This document shows positions 39,801 through 53,127 of a stretch of DNA of 64,000 nucleotides, piece by piece. The DNA is from Phoronis australis. Its lineage: Eukaryota > Animalia > Phoronida. The position numbers were made by a program, and so were the translations under genes. The stretch lies in assembly GCA_002633005.1 (NCBI GenBank), contig NMRA01000432.1:130070-194069 (forward strand), given 5' to 3'. How positions within the stretch are numbered: the stretch's first letter is position 1; each line of letters begins with the position of its first letter. Below the pieces are notes generated by a model that saw only the letters and a list, made by a program, of their open reading frames with translations, ran no database searches and was not told the origin of the DNA.

Positions 39801-42800
39801 CACAAACGACGGTTTGGGTTCACCTAGTGGTTTATATTTACAGTGAATCCGGATGACATAAAAGGCACACACTATTTTGGTGACGTATTGGTGGTGTAGC
39901 GGATAAGTACCGAGGCTTGCGAATATTAAAGGTAAATGTGAACCTTGTTTACCAGGTTATGCTTATGTGCAAATATCTTAAATTCTGTTAGCTGTAACCC
40001 CTACAAAGTATATATTTTCTGAAAGGTGAATAAATTTCCTAACAAAATTTATTATTATTATTTACTTTTCTATATTTTTTCGTGAGATATGCGTTTTTAG
40101 TAAAAAATCTTTTACTTTGAACAGAGATTTTAAATATACTGTTCCTCCAATCACATTGGCCATTTGTCAACATGTTGATAACGGCATTACCGAGGGAGCC
40201 GTGTCTCAAATTTTTTTAAATATGTCTTAGTTTTTAAGTATCCATTTTTTAGAGCATTCTGAGCTGATACGGCCGTATTCTTAATTTTTGAAGACTTCGT
40301 TCGAGATTCTGAGACCCGGTTCCCTTCGGAAGGTATCACATAGCAAGTATTCGAAATTTCTTAGCAATCTGTTCACGCGTCGTCGAGAAATCGATGTTCA
40401 AAAATTGAAATAAGCTCCAAATCGCAATCCGTCGCCAGAAATTGGCAGTAACGCACAACGGTGATCCAAAAGTGCACATTCGGCATCACATATAAACTTT
40501 CAGAAATTTCTTGACTGTGACAGCTAGTAATTTTCAGTTACTCGAGAAGGGTATTTATAATTTCAACATATGATTAATTTGGGTATTGTGCAATGCAGAA
40601 CTTTAGGAATAATCGTTCAATTTTAGCGACCTAATCGAGTCTGCCCGAATGCTCAGAATCACATGATTAAGTGTGGGCGGAGTTTGTAAGACATTTAGCT
40701 GAATTAAGTCAACGCGGCTTCATCGAAAGGGGCTGTTAAAACGTGGACGTTGTGTAAAAAAATACAGAACAATGAGAAAACGTGGAGAATTTTCGAAGGG
40801 CACAGAAAGAAATACTAAGAGAATGGCGCTGAGAGATTGGTCGAGAAATGACCGAGCTGGGGCGAGGTTTAGCCACGGTTTTATGTTGCTACTTAGAACC
40901 ATTTTCACATTGCGAAATAGAATTGTAACACTGTTTGTTGGTTTCCTTTCCTGTAAAAATCAAATTCGCCAAATGCGGCTTGGTGTTAACCTAAGCGTCG
41001 AGCGCTGCACTATACATAATATTTCAAGGTGTGACACTCGAGACTAGGATTTCCACGTGAGCTTCACTTCAGCCGTACATATCAAACACAAATCTCAATA
41101 CATATGACCCCCAAAAAGTTTGCAGGCGTTAGGGTTAAACCGTGGCAACCGATATAGGGGAGGGGCCGGGGACAGTAGAGAAAAGACAGACTGCGAATAC
41201 GAATAAGAAAGAAAATTCAAGAGAAAATTTGACAACTCGGTATGAATGCATGGTTTATCCTCTGAGGGCCTTGGCCAGGACATTGTTCTTAGAGTCTCCG
41301 TTTTTGCAGCATAGGTCGTCTAAAAGCACTTGAAAACGTGCCCTTAATCATTCACACATGTATTTCGAAAAATCGAAAAATTCTTAAATTCAATGAGACA
41401 ATTTTGCGAATGCAAAACTATATTTTTCCAGAGGCCCCTCTCTGGCAAAGTACAACGGAGACAAGTGTCGTTCTATTTTTTTTCTCTCAAAATTGTATAT
41501 CACTTGAGAAAAAAATGATGACAGATAACATCAATTGCAGCGCTTTTCCTGGTTTTTGAACATATAGGTCTTTTCATTTTTAGGGGCCAAACCCTTGAGC
41601 GGCCCATTGATGACATTCAAGTGGCCACCCGGCTTTCATGTTAAGGAAGGTCATTTCTTGCAGGGTCACGCGACTATGGAATGAACTGTCACTATTTTTC
41701 AAGCTAAATGATGATTATCCTTTCATCTTAAGGTGTCCCATTTCAGACGGGACCCTCTCTCAGTGGAGTGGTTCGGAGAAATTGTCCCTTTGTCCAGCTA
41801 CACATGTAAATCCGACACTGCCAAATATTCACGAGAGGAAGTTGAGATTCCAAATTCATCAAAAACAAAAAACATTCTTGCACAGCACAGCAGTATTAAG
41901 AAATTCGATGTTAATAACTAAAAATGTGACAAATACAAAGGGTGGAATTTTGAAGAACGTAAAGACCACTATTTATGAACTATTTCCGATGGTTAGTTAT
42001 AAAATAATGTTACTTTTCTCATAGTATCACAGAAATAGTGTTTCTTTTGAAGAACGTTACTAGGAGTTGTTTGTAAAGAATTTGCACATGTGGAAAAGAC
42101 TGTCGGGGCAACAATTTGTGATTGAACGTGTACATGTCGAACGGGGTTACTCAAAGTACTCGCACTCACAAACAAAGACTTCAGCGTTTTTTGGAGTTTA
42201 ATCTTAACTCGTGAACCGTTATAGGTACCTCTGAAATGAGCAAAAATACACTTTAATACGAATGCCCCATCTCCCATGTTCCCCGGTTGCCCGTCAAAAA
42301 TAGGTGAGCATGCTTGCAGAAACTGCTTGTAACATTCCGTTTTGAAAAACAAATTCGTCAGATGTATCTACGAAAATCGACAGATTCATAGATTATTTTT
42401 GACAATTAGAAGCTAATGTCGTAAGAAGTAAACAAAAGTTTAAGTCCTTAAATAAATAGAATTAAACTCATTGCTCATTAACTGGGAAAGGTTGTCTTCG
42501 CACTTCCTTGATGGTTTTAGTTTCCAGTAGTATTGCCCAGTGAATCTTTGTTCTTCAAAACTGAATCGTTTGCTTGTCATTCCCGTGCTTATTGTACAGA
42601 CAGAGCACGTCATGTTAAAAATAAGGTACAACCATGCAATAGGCCCACGCAGAATCTCATTGATCCACGAGAACTGATTTTGAACTCCAGGCGTTAAAGT
42701 GTGTACATTTTTGGGACACACTCTGTATCATTTTCCCCGGGCAGCCACCAGAAACTGGACTACCGGCCGTGTTTCAACAAGGGGTTTTGAAACAGCCCCT

Positions 42801-43260
42801 AAGGTACTATACCAGGAACCCCAGGGACCTGACCTTTTAAAAAAATCTTTCAAAGAATGACGATAGTAAAATGAACTTTTCCCGAAACTGGATCATAATA
42901 AAAGGAATCTTGTCCTTAGAGCCACCACAGACGGATACTTAAGTACGAGCTAAGCTGCCTGTCTCAAGTGAATCATAGCTGAGCTGACCTGCGACTAGCT
43001 TTAGTTCATCGAATTTCGTAATTTCACACTGTTAGATCTCACATTTACTTGCGGCAGCTCTTAGAAACCCGTCAGTGCGCTGGTCCTAGTCCCATTCTTA
43101 TTCTCCGTGAAATTTTGCTGGTTCACGGTCACTCAAATCCTGATGGCTGCATCCCTGGGATTGCCCCCCCCCCCCTCACCTATAGCGGACGTGCCAGGGA
43201 GTTTCAGTACAAAAATGGTGGCATCCGGCGAACGGGGGGAGGAGGTGTCAGAACATGAAC

Positions 43261-43939
43261 TGTCACTGTTTTTAGTTGTATTGTTTTGTTTTGTTTTGTT
43301 GTCCAATTTGATTGGCATGACCCCTGAGTTACGTACAGTGATGATGCAATTTGTTTGCTACAGAGTAGTGTGGAACTTTGTAGAAGAGTCTAGCATGACA
43401 GTGATTAATTGAGGTCCGGAATATTCAAGAGACTAGTAATGTTTGTAGAATGATTGGGTAGATTCCGGAAAGTTCTAGAACGTGCTTGAATAGATGCAAA
43501 GTTCTAGAACATTGCATTAGTCTATAAATACACAAGAACTGGTTTGTATTAGTTAGTTAAGCAGTTCAGCAATCGAAGAAAAGCAGAAAAGCAGTTAACA
43601 GTTAAAAGTTGAGAGAATTACAGTTGAGTTGCAGTGAAGAGAATCGGCAGTTACAGCGATAGTCAATAGAGATCCAGCTATAAAGACACGAGGTTAGTGA
43701 AAGAACGATTGTAACAGTTGCTGGAAGTGTCTCAGAAGTTCATCACAAGTCAAGGCTTCGCAGCACTGGCTGGAGCATAGAAAAGACATTACGTCGGACG
43801 TTTTGTTTGAGTAGGTTTGTGAACATACTGTCGAGATAGGATTAAATCGAACCAGTCTTCAGTCTATCGTCGCACAGAAAGCTATTAGCACCGGTCTGTA
43901 ACAACCTGCGCCCACCCACAAAAGGGGAAAGACGTGACA
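43261..43939 (+). mobile_element. Gypsy 5' LTR
   Basis: TGTCAC...GTGACA ends, internal TATAAATA, related copy at 63115-63759; PBS and gag follow once the nested insertion is removed. Confidence 0.85.
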
Positions 43940-43941
43940 AT

Positions 43942-46786
43942 GGGGCTATTCAGAAAATTTTCATTAACTAGAGGGCGCGCGTGTACTAGTGGTGATAGAT
44001 TAACAGCCTCGATTTCGCGAGCCCTTTAAATACATGGTGAAATGGCTTGTAGGTGTGCAAACTGAATCTGAGATTGAGTGAAAAGGGTGCTTCTATGAGA
44101 GAAAGTAAGCACGACCTTATACAAAGGTAAGGTTTGTGATTATTTTAACGATTATTCCATGTTTATTCTACTGATGCCAGTTAACTGAGATACTCGCCGA
44201 TGTCGACTTTGCGACAGTCGACAGTCGGGTTAATCTTTGTTGTGATGCGTGTTACGATACTTGACGTAGCACTCGAGATCTTTTCGTACATCAAAGCCGT
44301 ATTATTGTTTGGAATGATTTCAAACAGGTTTATCAGTGACAGTTACATCAATGAATGCTGAATGTTTAACTCGATATGGGTTAGTGAGATTACAATCAAA
44401 GCCCAATGCCATGGCAAAGGGTACGTAAATATCCATTAGACTATTTGTTTACTCCCTATCCTATGTCTTCCGGAAATTTATTACACGTTGAAATGAAATT
44501 CTATCATGTCTGTTTTCACGTGACCTTTGTTTTTTAGGTTTGAGGGATTGTACCGTGCAGAGGAGATATGCATCGCTTCTGCATCGACCCTGAATGGACA
44601 AAAATTGGCTTTAAGCAGTTGACTGCAGCTACCCAGCAAGATCTTCCCATACAGTGTAGATCTGTTGTTAAAGCCTACTTTCTTCATCGGAGACAACGAA
44701 CAAGCTTTGTTACTCCTTTCTCTTCCCACAGCATTTCCACACACCATTAGTGCTGCATTGCGCAATGTACATGTCAGTGGCCTTGGTGAAATGTGAATCT
44801 CAGTACGAAGTTACCATAAGACAATGTGTTGTTTGTGTATGAAGAGGAACTATATCTACTGCTACACAAGTCAGCCTCGTTGGTGAGGATACCCTTTCAA
44901 AGGCAATAAGTCATGTGTGGACAATAGCTTATTTCCTTTCCTGGAAGAAACATGCTGGATTGAAGCTAAAGAAGACGTAGTGACACTGGTCTAGTTCAGG
45001 GTCAGATTTTGGGCACAAAACGAGTCAAGTTATATGCTGTTGTGTTTACCTTCAAGGACCTAATTGAGGCTGAATGAGGTAACCTGGAGGAAAGCCACGT
45101 GCCGAAACTGGACCTTTTTTACAAGCACGTATATAGGCTATTGAAACTAGATTTCTGTGAAATGAAAACCAAAAGCATCTGGTATAAATACCTGTCCTTT
45201 CTCACTGCGTGACATTAACATTTTCTTTCAGAAGAAAGGCTTTATACTAATGGTAAAAACTTTTCAATTTGGTACACATTATGGGGAAATGACATTCAGT
45301 GACTGTGTCGATTGTCTTATTGTCAGTAGAAAACCCGTTAATGTTACACTTTGATGATTGAATAAATTTTTCATCAAAAGGTAAGTTTGTCATTAATTAT
45401 TGAAACCACAACATTTCCTCAGTTTTAAAGCCCCATACAGTGCAGTTGTGCTTATTCTTTATAAAGCTGAAATGATTAGCGACTACGCTTGCGAATTGTC
45501 GTTTTCCTGTTGACCTCTAGAAATGTGCAGTGATCAAAATGAAGTATTCCCTTTGTTTGCATTTGATTTGTTTGTGTGTGTAATTATTCTTAGAGCTTTC
45601 TTAAGAAGGCCTTTGAACAACTTTAAATTTTGTGATAACTTGTCCTCAACAAAAGTTCCACATGCAAGAAAAGTATATAAAGAACAACATTGTTAAAAAC
45701 AATTGTAATTTTCCCACGCAATGGAGTCCATAATCAGGCATATCAAAGGCTGAATTTCTGAATTATGTTCAATTCTCTCAGGTTATTGCTGAAGGATTAC
45801 TTTTCACTTTGTCCAAAGGTAAAATAGATGGTCAGGCGGCTTGTTTCAGTCGTTTTCTCTCACCTGTAACAGAGTAGTCAGAGAAATATTAGCAAACTAT
45901 AAAAGAAAACACAAGACAAAACTACTTTAGTAAGGCAGAACATACTTGACGTTTCATCTTCAAGTTTATATGTAGAAACTAAATCTTTGTATCCAAGTCT
46001 TATTTAAGATCTGAATTAAACTATGTGAAACAGGCTAAAACTGATTTAATAATATGTATTTTATTTTTCACGACACCTAAAATGAGCATCTGACCTCAAG
46101 TAAAATTCATTCTAGGTGTCAATTTTTATTCCAATGCAATGTTATGACGTTTACTGAATAGCTTATTCATGTAAATTCGGTAACTAATCTGGGAGTCTTG
46201 GGGGTGGGGTCCGCTATGAAATAAGGAAACCCACTCTTCTAGAGAATTTTATTGGACATAGCATAGCTTTGAAGAGAAACTGCTGTGAAAAAGGCACCCC
46301 TGACTTCTGAGCGTCACGTACCACATTCCCACCCTTGGAGGACAATATGTATGTGCTCTAGCCTACCCGGCATCAGAGTCCTGGGTGAGTTTCCGAAAAG
46401 AAACACTTAGTTCCATTCAATAAACCCGTTATTCCGTGGGTAACTGGTGGGGATAACATCACCGAACGATTGCTAAAAACTTACCAAGTAACCTTATAGT
46501 CTTCCAAAGGGGCTTCGGCATCCACACACTTTTTCTCAGTTGGTTGACCCTTTTGACCGCAATGCTCCACGAATGTTACTGTAACCTTAGGTCTTTTGGT
46601 AATTTGTGACCACCTGTCGAAAACTTGCACCACGGAAAATAGTAATAATAAGGCTTTGCGTGACGACGTATTTTGATAACAATCCGTCTTTTTCCCAGCT
46701 GTTTACATGCAGACAGCGACGCATGCGCAATTTAATCACCACTAGTACAGCAGCGACACAGCGAGGAGAATTCTCCAAATAGCCCC
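43942..46786. mobile_element. ISL2EU/PIF-like DNA transposon derivative nested in the Gypsy element
   Basis: TIR GGGGCTATTCAGAAAATTTTC / GAGAATTCTCCAAATAGCCCC; AT on both flanks; possible decayed SWIM-like remnant near 44745-44800. Confidence 0.75.
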
Positions 46787-46788
46787 AT

Positions 46789-46811
46789 TGGCGAGCACGT
46801 ACGCCAGGAGT
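46789..46811 (+). other. Primer-binding site (tRNA-Arg-like)
   Basis: TGGCGAGC-acgtac-GCCAGGAGT compared with TGGCGAGCCAGCCAGGAGT, the recalled complement of the tRNA-Arg(ACG) 3' end. Confidence 0.6.
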
Positions 46812-46865
46812 TTACTGACGATAACAAGGTGTGATAAAGTGGACTGTTGGAATTAGCGACTCACA

Positions 46866-48470
46866 ATGGAGACAAGGTCTCAACTAAGGGAGTTGATGGC
46901 CCTCGGACAAGAAATGGGTCTGCAGGGAGATGACCTCAGACAGTTTGTGGAAAAACAACAAGCTGAGGCGCGTGCTGAGGCTGAGGCTGAGGCAGAGGAG
47001 AGAAAGCAAGCTCGTGAAGCCGAGGAGAGAAGGTAAGCTCGTGAGGCTAAGGAGAGAGGGCAAGCTCGTGAAGCTGAAGAAAGGGCGCGAGAAGCCGAAC
47101 AACAGATTGAGAGAGAAAGAGTGGAACACGAGAGAGCACTAGCGGCACTTAAAGCTGAACATGTTGCAGCGGAGGGTAGCCATGTCACACCAACTGGTGG
47201 TGTAAAACCGAAGCTACCCAAGTTTGATGAAAAGCAGGATGATATGGACAACTTCCTCGAAAGGTTTGAGAGAGACGCAGAGAGTCAGGGTTGGACCCAG
47301 AGTGAATAGGCAATTAGTCTCAGTCCCCTGTTAACAGATAAGGGTAGGAAGGTTTACACTAGCCTTTCAGTGGCTGATGCACTGGACAATGCTACACTCA
47401 AAAGAGCCTTGCTCAAGCGGTATGAACTGACTGAAGAGGGTTTTCGCAGACAGTTCCGGGAAGCAAGGGCTGAGAGGGGTGAGACAGCTTAATGTGGCCC
47501 GCATACAGCGTTACCTAGACAGGTGGATCGACATGCCCGACTGTGGCAAAGACTTTGCCCAGTTGAGAGACCTGTTAGTGCGTGAGCAGTACGTTAACAC
47601 CTGTACTAAAGACTTGGCTGTGTTCCTGCGAGAGCGGACATTCAAGTCTGTTCCAGAAATGATCGGCTTAGCAGAGAGATATATTGAGGCCCACGGAGTG
47701 GATATAACAAGCACTCAGTCGAAAAAGTCCCAAGAACGACCAGTGACAGACACCCAGAGAGTCGACGAGAAGAAAACTGACCTCGAAGAGGAAAGGTGTT
47801 TCCTCTGCCACAAAGCTGGACACCTGGCTAGAGACTGTCAGAAGAGGACACAAGAGAATAAACACCAAAAGTCAACCACCGAGATTCCCAGAGTAAGGAG
47901 GCTTCGGTGAAGCGTGCTAACCCTGAACGCGCCTTCAAAGGAAAGTTTCACCTGAAGGAGGGGTATGTTGGCACGAAAAAGGTCTCAGTGTTGACAGACA
48001 CAGCAGGCTGCATCACCATTTTTGGTTCGATCCAGTCTAGTCGAATCAGGAGATATGACCTACCGGAAGTGGTCATGCGATTTGGCAGACTCTAGAGATG
48101 GCTTCCTGCAACATCAAGACAACGTACTACACGGGAGAAGTGTTTGCGATGTCCATGGAGCGTCCAGTGGCCGATTTGGTTATCGGGGACGTACCTGGTG
48201 CCTTGGACCCAGGGGATGTTGAGCGATAGCAGACGGCAACTACTGTTAACAAGGACTGTACAGGTAATAGCTTGGTGGAGAGTCTGAAAGAAGACTCTCA
48301 AAAGGGTACTACTTCCCAAGAAGAGAACCCAGTGACCTCAACCCCTGAGGGAGAAGAGGTAGCCGACATGTTGGTAGTCACGGATCCTGATGAATCCGGC
48401 AGGGGAGCGGTAGCAGTGACTGCCAGAGCTCAGGCAGAGCGACAAAAAGCGGACAGCCAGCTAGCTGAGT
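46866..48470 (+). pseudogene. Gypsy (Gmr1-like) gag plus protease remnant with stops and frameshifts
   Basis: METRSQLRELMALGQEMGLQG, coiled coil, PKLPKFDEKQDDMDNFLERFER, SCAN-like LRDLLVREQY, CCHC knuckle CFLCHKAGHLARDC, LTDTAGC protease-like site. Confidence 0.85.
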
Positions 48471-49081
48471 AAAGACTGTCGTCAAAATATAGCTAGGTAC
48501 CACTGTGTGTATTTCTTCCATAGACCCCGAAATGGCACACAGCCAGGGTAGTTCTGCTCGTCACCGCGCCGTGGAACTTGTATCAACATGTAAAGCTAAA
48601 GACCGGACGGGGTGCATGCAAAATCTGGGAATCAACCGACACTCACCTTGCCCGTTGCAGCCGTTTAAGTGAAAAACAATGCAATAAATGTCATTTTCTT
48701 GCGTAACTCTCCGCCTTTTCTTACAATGAAAAGTATGTCGTCGTTTTGAAAATAGTACGCTCGTGTCACTCGCACGCGCCATTTCCTCAGTTTTTGCGAC
48801 ATCTCTCGGGAAATGATGATAGCTTGGCAGCAGCAAAATTTCTTCTGAAATTCGGTTTTCCGATATCAAAATTGTAAAAACTTACAATGAAGTGAAACCA
48901 GTTCCGATAATTTGTTGTGACATGTACGCAACCTCGTAAAAGAAGAACAGATGATTGAAGAATCGGCGAACTGAAAAGAAACTGGCCAATAGGTGAAGCA
49001 ATATTTCATGGCGCCGAAAGCCGCCGCTAAAGATCGCTCCACAACTTTAGCAGCAGAACAACGGTAGAACGCCACAGTTAA

Positions 49082-50542
49082 AGGAGAATGCCACCCAAAA
49101 ACAACCTATTTTGTATCAATTTAGATCGAGCAGTTCTACTCGATAACGGCAGGTTCGGTTGCGATACCTGACACCTGACGGCAGACGGAGGTGTTGAAAT
49201 TATCCAATGACGTAATTGGTTTCACACGCAGTCTGTTCAGCAGTTCACAACACGGATTAGTGGTGTCAGGTTATCGCTTGAATTCATCGTTTAACACCAA
49301 TAAATCATCAAACTTCGATGTGAGACCCTTAAAATACACCGAGTTCTTATCAAAACGTGTTGTTTTATTTCGCTGTTACGGATTTACTGGTATTTGGACA
49401 CGTACCGTAGCCTACAAAGTTCGGCAGGCCAATTTACCAAGGTCCGTAGCAGGAGTTTGGGGTCTGTTCGACGATAAATGCGAAGTATTCTTCCGTGAAA
49501 TACAGACAGGAGAACCTAGATCTGTGTTGTTTATAGTTGTGATTTTTTTGAGTTTTAAGCACACAAAACGCTTGTTCACAGACCGTCAGGGCAAAGGTTG
49601 TACAGTAACAATGATTTGAATAATGTATTTATATTTCTAAATAAAGATTCCCCTAATATGTGACAATAGCATAAAAAATCGAGTAATTGTTTTACAACAG
49701 CTTTCTGTCAGCAAACACTGAATTAGCATGCGCTCACACGGCCTCGGTGCCCGGTCAATTACCTTTGTTGACGGCATCAAAATCCGGTAAAGCAGTGGTT
49801 TATTCATTGCTGGCTTCTCAAAACATTTGCACTCACGAACACTCCAAGGCATTAAAAATTGTATCTAATGAGACAGACTTTGTTTCAGTTTCATATAAGC
49901 TGCGTTGGTTAGGATCATTTTAGGAAGGGAATAATTCATTTGAAACAGAACGCAGAATAATAAACGTCTAAATTGCAACTCGCCGGCGCCAATCCCGACT
50001 TGGTCAAGAGTTCATCCGACGAAGACTTCACAGATGGATCGTTCGGTTTCACTGGCTATCAGTTCGAACCGGAATACACTGATCAAGCAATACTAGAGAG
50101 GCTCCGTGAACATGCACAGGCAACGGAACGTATGGATAGTTCTTTGGAAAGCCGGAATTCGTCAGAGAAATCACTGTTGATGAAATGCCAGTCACAGACA
50201 CGGAGATGTTTCACGTCCTCATTACTTGCTATTAACAGCATACCTTTCATTCTTGACTACCGCGAGTCACTTCAAAGCATTCCGGGCTCTCGAGGAAGTC
50301 AAAAAACGATATACCCGCTTTCTTCGCAACTTCATAGTTCGGACAAGCGGGAACCGATGCACCGCAATATAGCGGCATTCACTCTGCAGACGAACCACTG
50401 ACGTCGCTGCTTCGCTTCTCACCTTCCTCACATGTTAACGCGACACCTCTCGGCAAGGTGAGGTCGACCGTATAAGAGGCGATGTGGATATAGACCGATT
50501 AAGACGATAAAAAAGACTGATTAAATCGAGTGGCATTCTCCT
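49082..50542 (+). mobile_element. Non-autonomous Kolobok-type element, same family as 6816-9052
   Basis: TTAA flanks; TIR AGGAGAATGCCAC / GTGGCATTCTCCT. Confidence 0.87.
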
Positions 50543-50632
50543 TTAAGACGAATCACGATAAAACTCTTAAAATTGGTCATGACATCCAAGAAAAACGCTG
50601 TGCTTTTGTAAAGCGCCACATGAGTGCATGAC

Positions 50633-52156
50633 AGACTGGATGTTTACAAGATATTACAAAGAAAATCTGAAACATAGTAGTCTTCAGTGGTGTCGAAGGT
50701 CTATCTTGTATCTAGGGGTTACGCATTCATTCTGAAAACAGAGCCAATGTTCACTTATTTTTTTTTTCTGAATCATGAGATGGATGTACGCATGGCAGAC
50801 AACGTTGAAGATTCAGTTGTGCCTGGGCCTGACCAAGCATACAGTAAAGTTGCTACGGTATCATGCAGTGCAGCTTCGCAGGCTGACATCACAACAGACC
50901 AGTCAACACAAACTGATGATGACTATGAGAAAGAGGAATTGCGGCTACTTGTAAAGCTTAGCAGCAGGAGAAATGTATTTGCCGCTACGAAAAGAATTCA
51001 CCAACAAAGCACCAGCGTTTGGTGCACGAGAAACTCTCACATACATGTACGACATTCATGTTCTGGACCGGGCTTTCTACATTAGTGTTATTCTTCGGGC
51101 TCTTTAAATTCTTGGAGCCAAACGCCAGTCGTTTACAATACAACTGGGGACCGTCAACCCCAACTGGAAGACGATAGTCACAAGTCCGGAAAACCAAGAA
51201 AATTAACATTGTTAGACGAATTCTTTGCAGTGCTGGTGAGGCGGAAAGTTGAGGGTTCTTTTCAGCGTTTCGGTGTCCCATTTTTTAAAACTATTTGAAA
51301 CTTGGGTTAGATGTCTCAGTCTTGAATTGTGTGCAATTGTTCGTTTTCCATCGTTGGCAGAGATACGCCAAAATATTTCTCCTGTTTCAATAAGTAATAA
51401 TTTTCTTACAGAAGCCACCATCACTTAAATCTCAGCGTGAGCTAGGTGGTCTAATTGTAAGCCCCACAACACGTACAAAACCCTCCTGGAGTTTCTCTAT
51501 ATGGTGCAATTGTTTATGTCTCCGATTTCTATGGAAGTGCTGCCAGTGGTCGCTTCATTACTAGGGACTGTGGCATTATAAATTGTCTCAACCTGGGAGA
51601 TAATATCATGCCTGACCGGAGGTTTTTGATTGACAATTTATTAGCTCCACGGCAGGTAACTCTAAACAGTCCTCCACTGATTCAGAGATGGTGTGCAGAG
51701 TCAGCTAACTGCGAAGCAGATAGAAGAAACTCGGCGAAATGCTACCCTGAGAATTCATGTAGAGCGAGCAATTCAGACGGTGAAGACTTTTCATTTGATT
51801 GGCGGTGTTTTACCGCTATCGCTCCAACCTCTTGCAAATGACATTTTTAAAGTTTGTTCCTACTTTACAAACTTTCAAACACAGATTCTGTAACAGATGG
51901 CAGCTCGTAGGCAAATAGGAATGTGATTGGTGACATATGTATTTCCCTTGCACACAAGAAGGGTTTTTATGCTCGGTCAAGTAGCAGAATTGTTTTCATT
52001 CGCTCCAGCGGAAAAAGCCTTGATCATCTGGATTACGTTCCGTTGGTTACATTTATTGGGAGAAAAGTGAGATCACGCAAGTGTTAGCGAGATATCACCG
52101 TACATTAAAAACGATGATCACACAAACTTTGCTTCCGAATACTATGCATCCAGTCT
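50633..52156 (+). mobile_element. ISL2EU/Harbinger-type element with decayed DDE transposase
   Basis: KPHNTYK, GAIVYVSDFYG, GDNIMPDRRF, ATLRIHVERAI motifs at about 51450-51893; candidate TIR AGACTGGATG/CATCCAGTCT, boundaries tentative. Confidence 0.75.
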
Positions 52157-52199
52157 ATAGAACGTTCCCTTCTGGGTGATTTCGCTTCCCATATGCACG

Positions 52200-52337
52200 A
52201 CGGGCGGCGCAGCAATGAAAAATGTGGGGGCAATAACCCCCCTGTGGTGCACCGCCCACGCGCCGTGGGTGTCGCAGCACTGATACAAGTGGCGGCTATA
52301 GGCCCTCTCCAACCCCCCTATGGTGCGCCGCCCATGA
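52200..52337. mobile_element. Small hAT-like MITE
   Basis: GGGCGGCGCA ... TGCGCCGCCC inverted ends. Confidence 0.45.
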
Positions 52338-52866
52338 TAGACACCTAGGAGCTCTCTCGAAAAAATTTATGTAGCTCATCTTTCGAACTGAAATTTATTT
52401 TGCTAACTTGACTTGTCATATACTTGAAATACCACTTAAGATTTTTGTCGAACGTTTAGCGACTAGTTGTCCGTTGACAAAGTCGAAATAACTCGACTGC
52501 CTCAGTGATTACGAAAATTGTGAAATCCCTGGCACTTATTGCCACTCTTCCCAATTTGCTTTCCTTCCGGTCCCCGGTGTGTAAACGGTATCGAAAAGGC
52601 TTCCACGAGTGTTTTTTCGAATCATGTTACCGAAAGAGTCATTACAAGAGCTCTTTCTTTGTTACGTCACACCATAATCTATGGCCTCACATTTATAGAA
52701 ATACTCATTCAGTTCCAAGTGCATCCGAATGAGCCTAAACACATATATGTGCGTAGGTCTGTATGGTAGCTGATGCAAACCTCTGAAGAAAATTAGGTTT
52801 GGCTAATGACCGTCTGATGAGTAAGGTATGATTGTCACAGAGTTTCAAGCGAATTCATCTGGACAT

Positions 52867-53127
52867 TATGCGCGCACCCGGGGGGAGCTCGGGGGCTCAA
52901 ACGAGCCCCTTCATTTGGCGAAGTGGAAAAAAGTCCACCTCAGAGAAACAAAAAGTCCGAAAAGTAGAAAACGAGACAAAAGTGCAGTAAAAAGTCAGGA
53001 ACTACTAAAATTTGGAGAGTACACAATTCATAGCACTGAACGTACCCCGTTTTTTATTGTAAAAGGTCCACACTCTCAGGAATTTGAGCCTCCACCCGCC
53101 CCCGTTTTTAGGCTGTGTCTGCGCATG
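52867..53127. mobile_element. MITE related to 21888-22128
   Basis: ATGCGCGCACCC ... TGCGCATG; shared internal GTCC-CCTCAGA and AGAAAACGAGA blocks. Confidence 0.65.

Noticed and set aside
49191-49619. 142-aa ORF shared in part with 6919-7137
   Set aside because: Lies in a transposon subterminal region, frame not conserved between copies, no known motif
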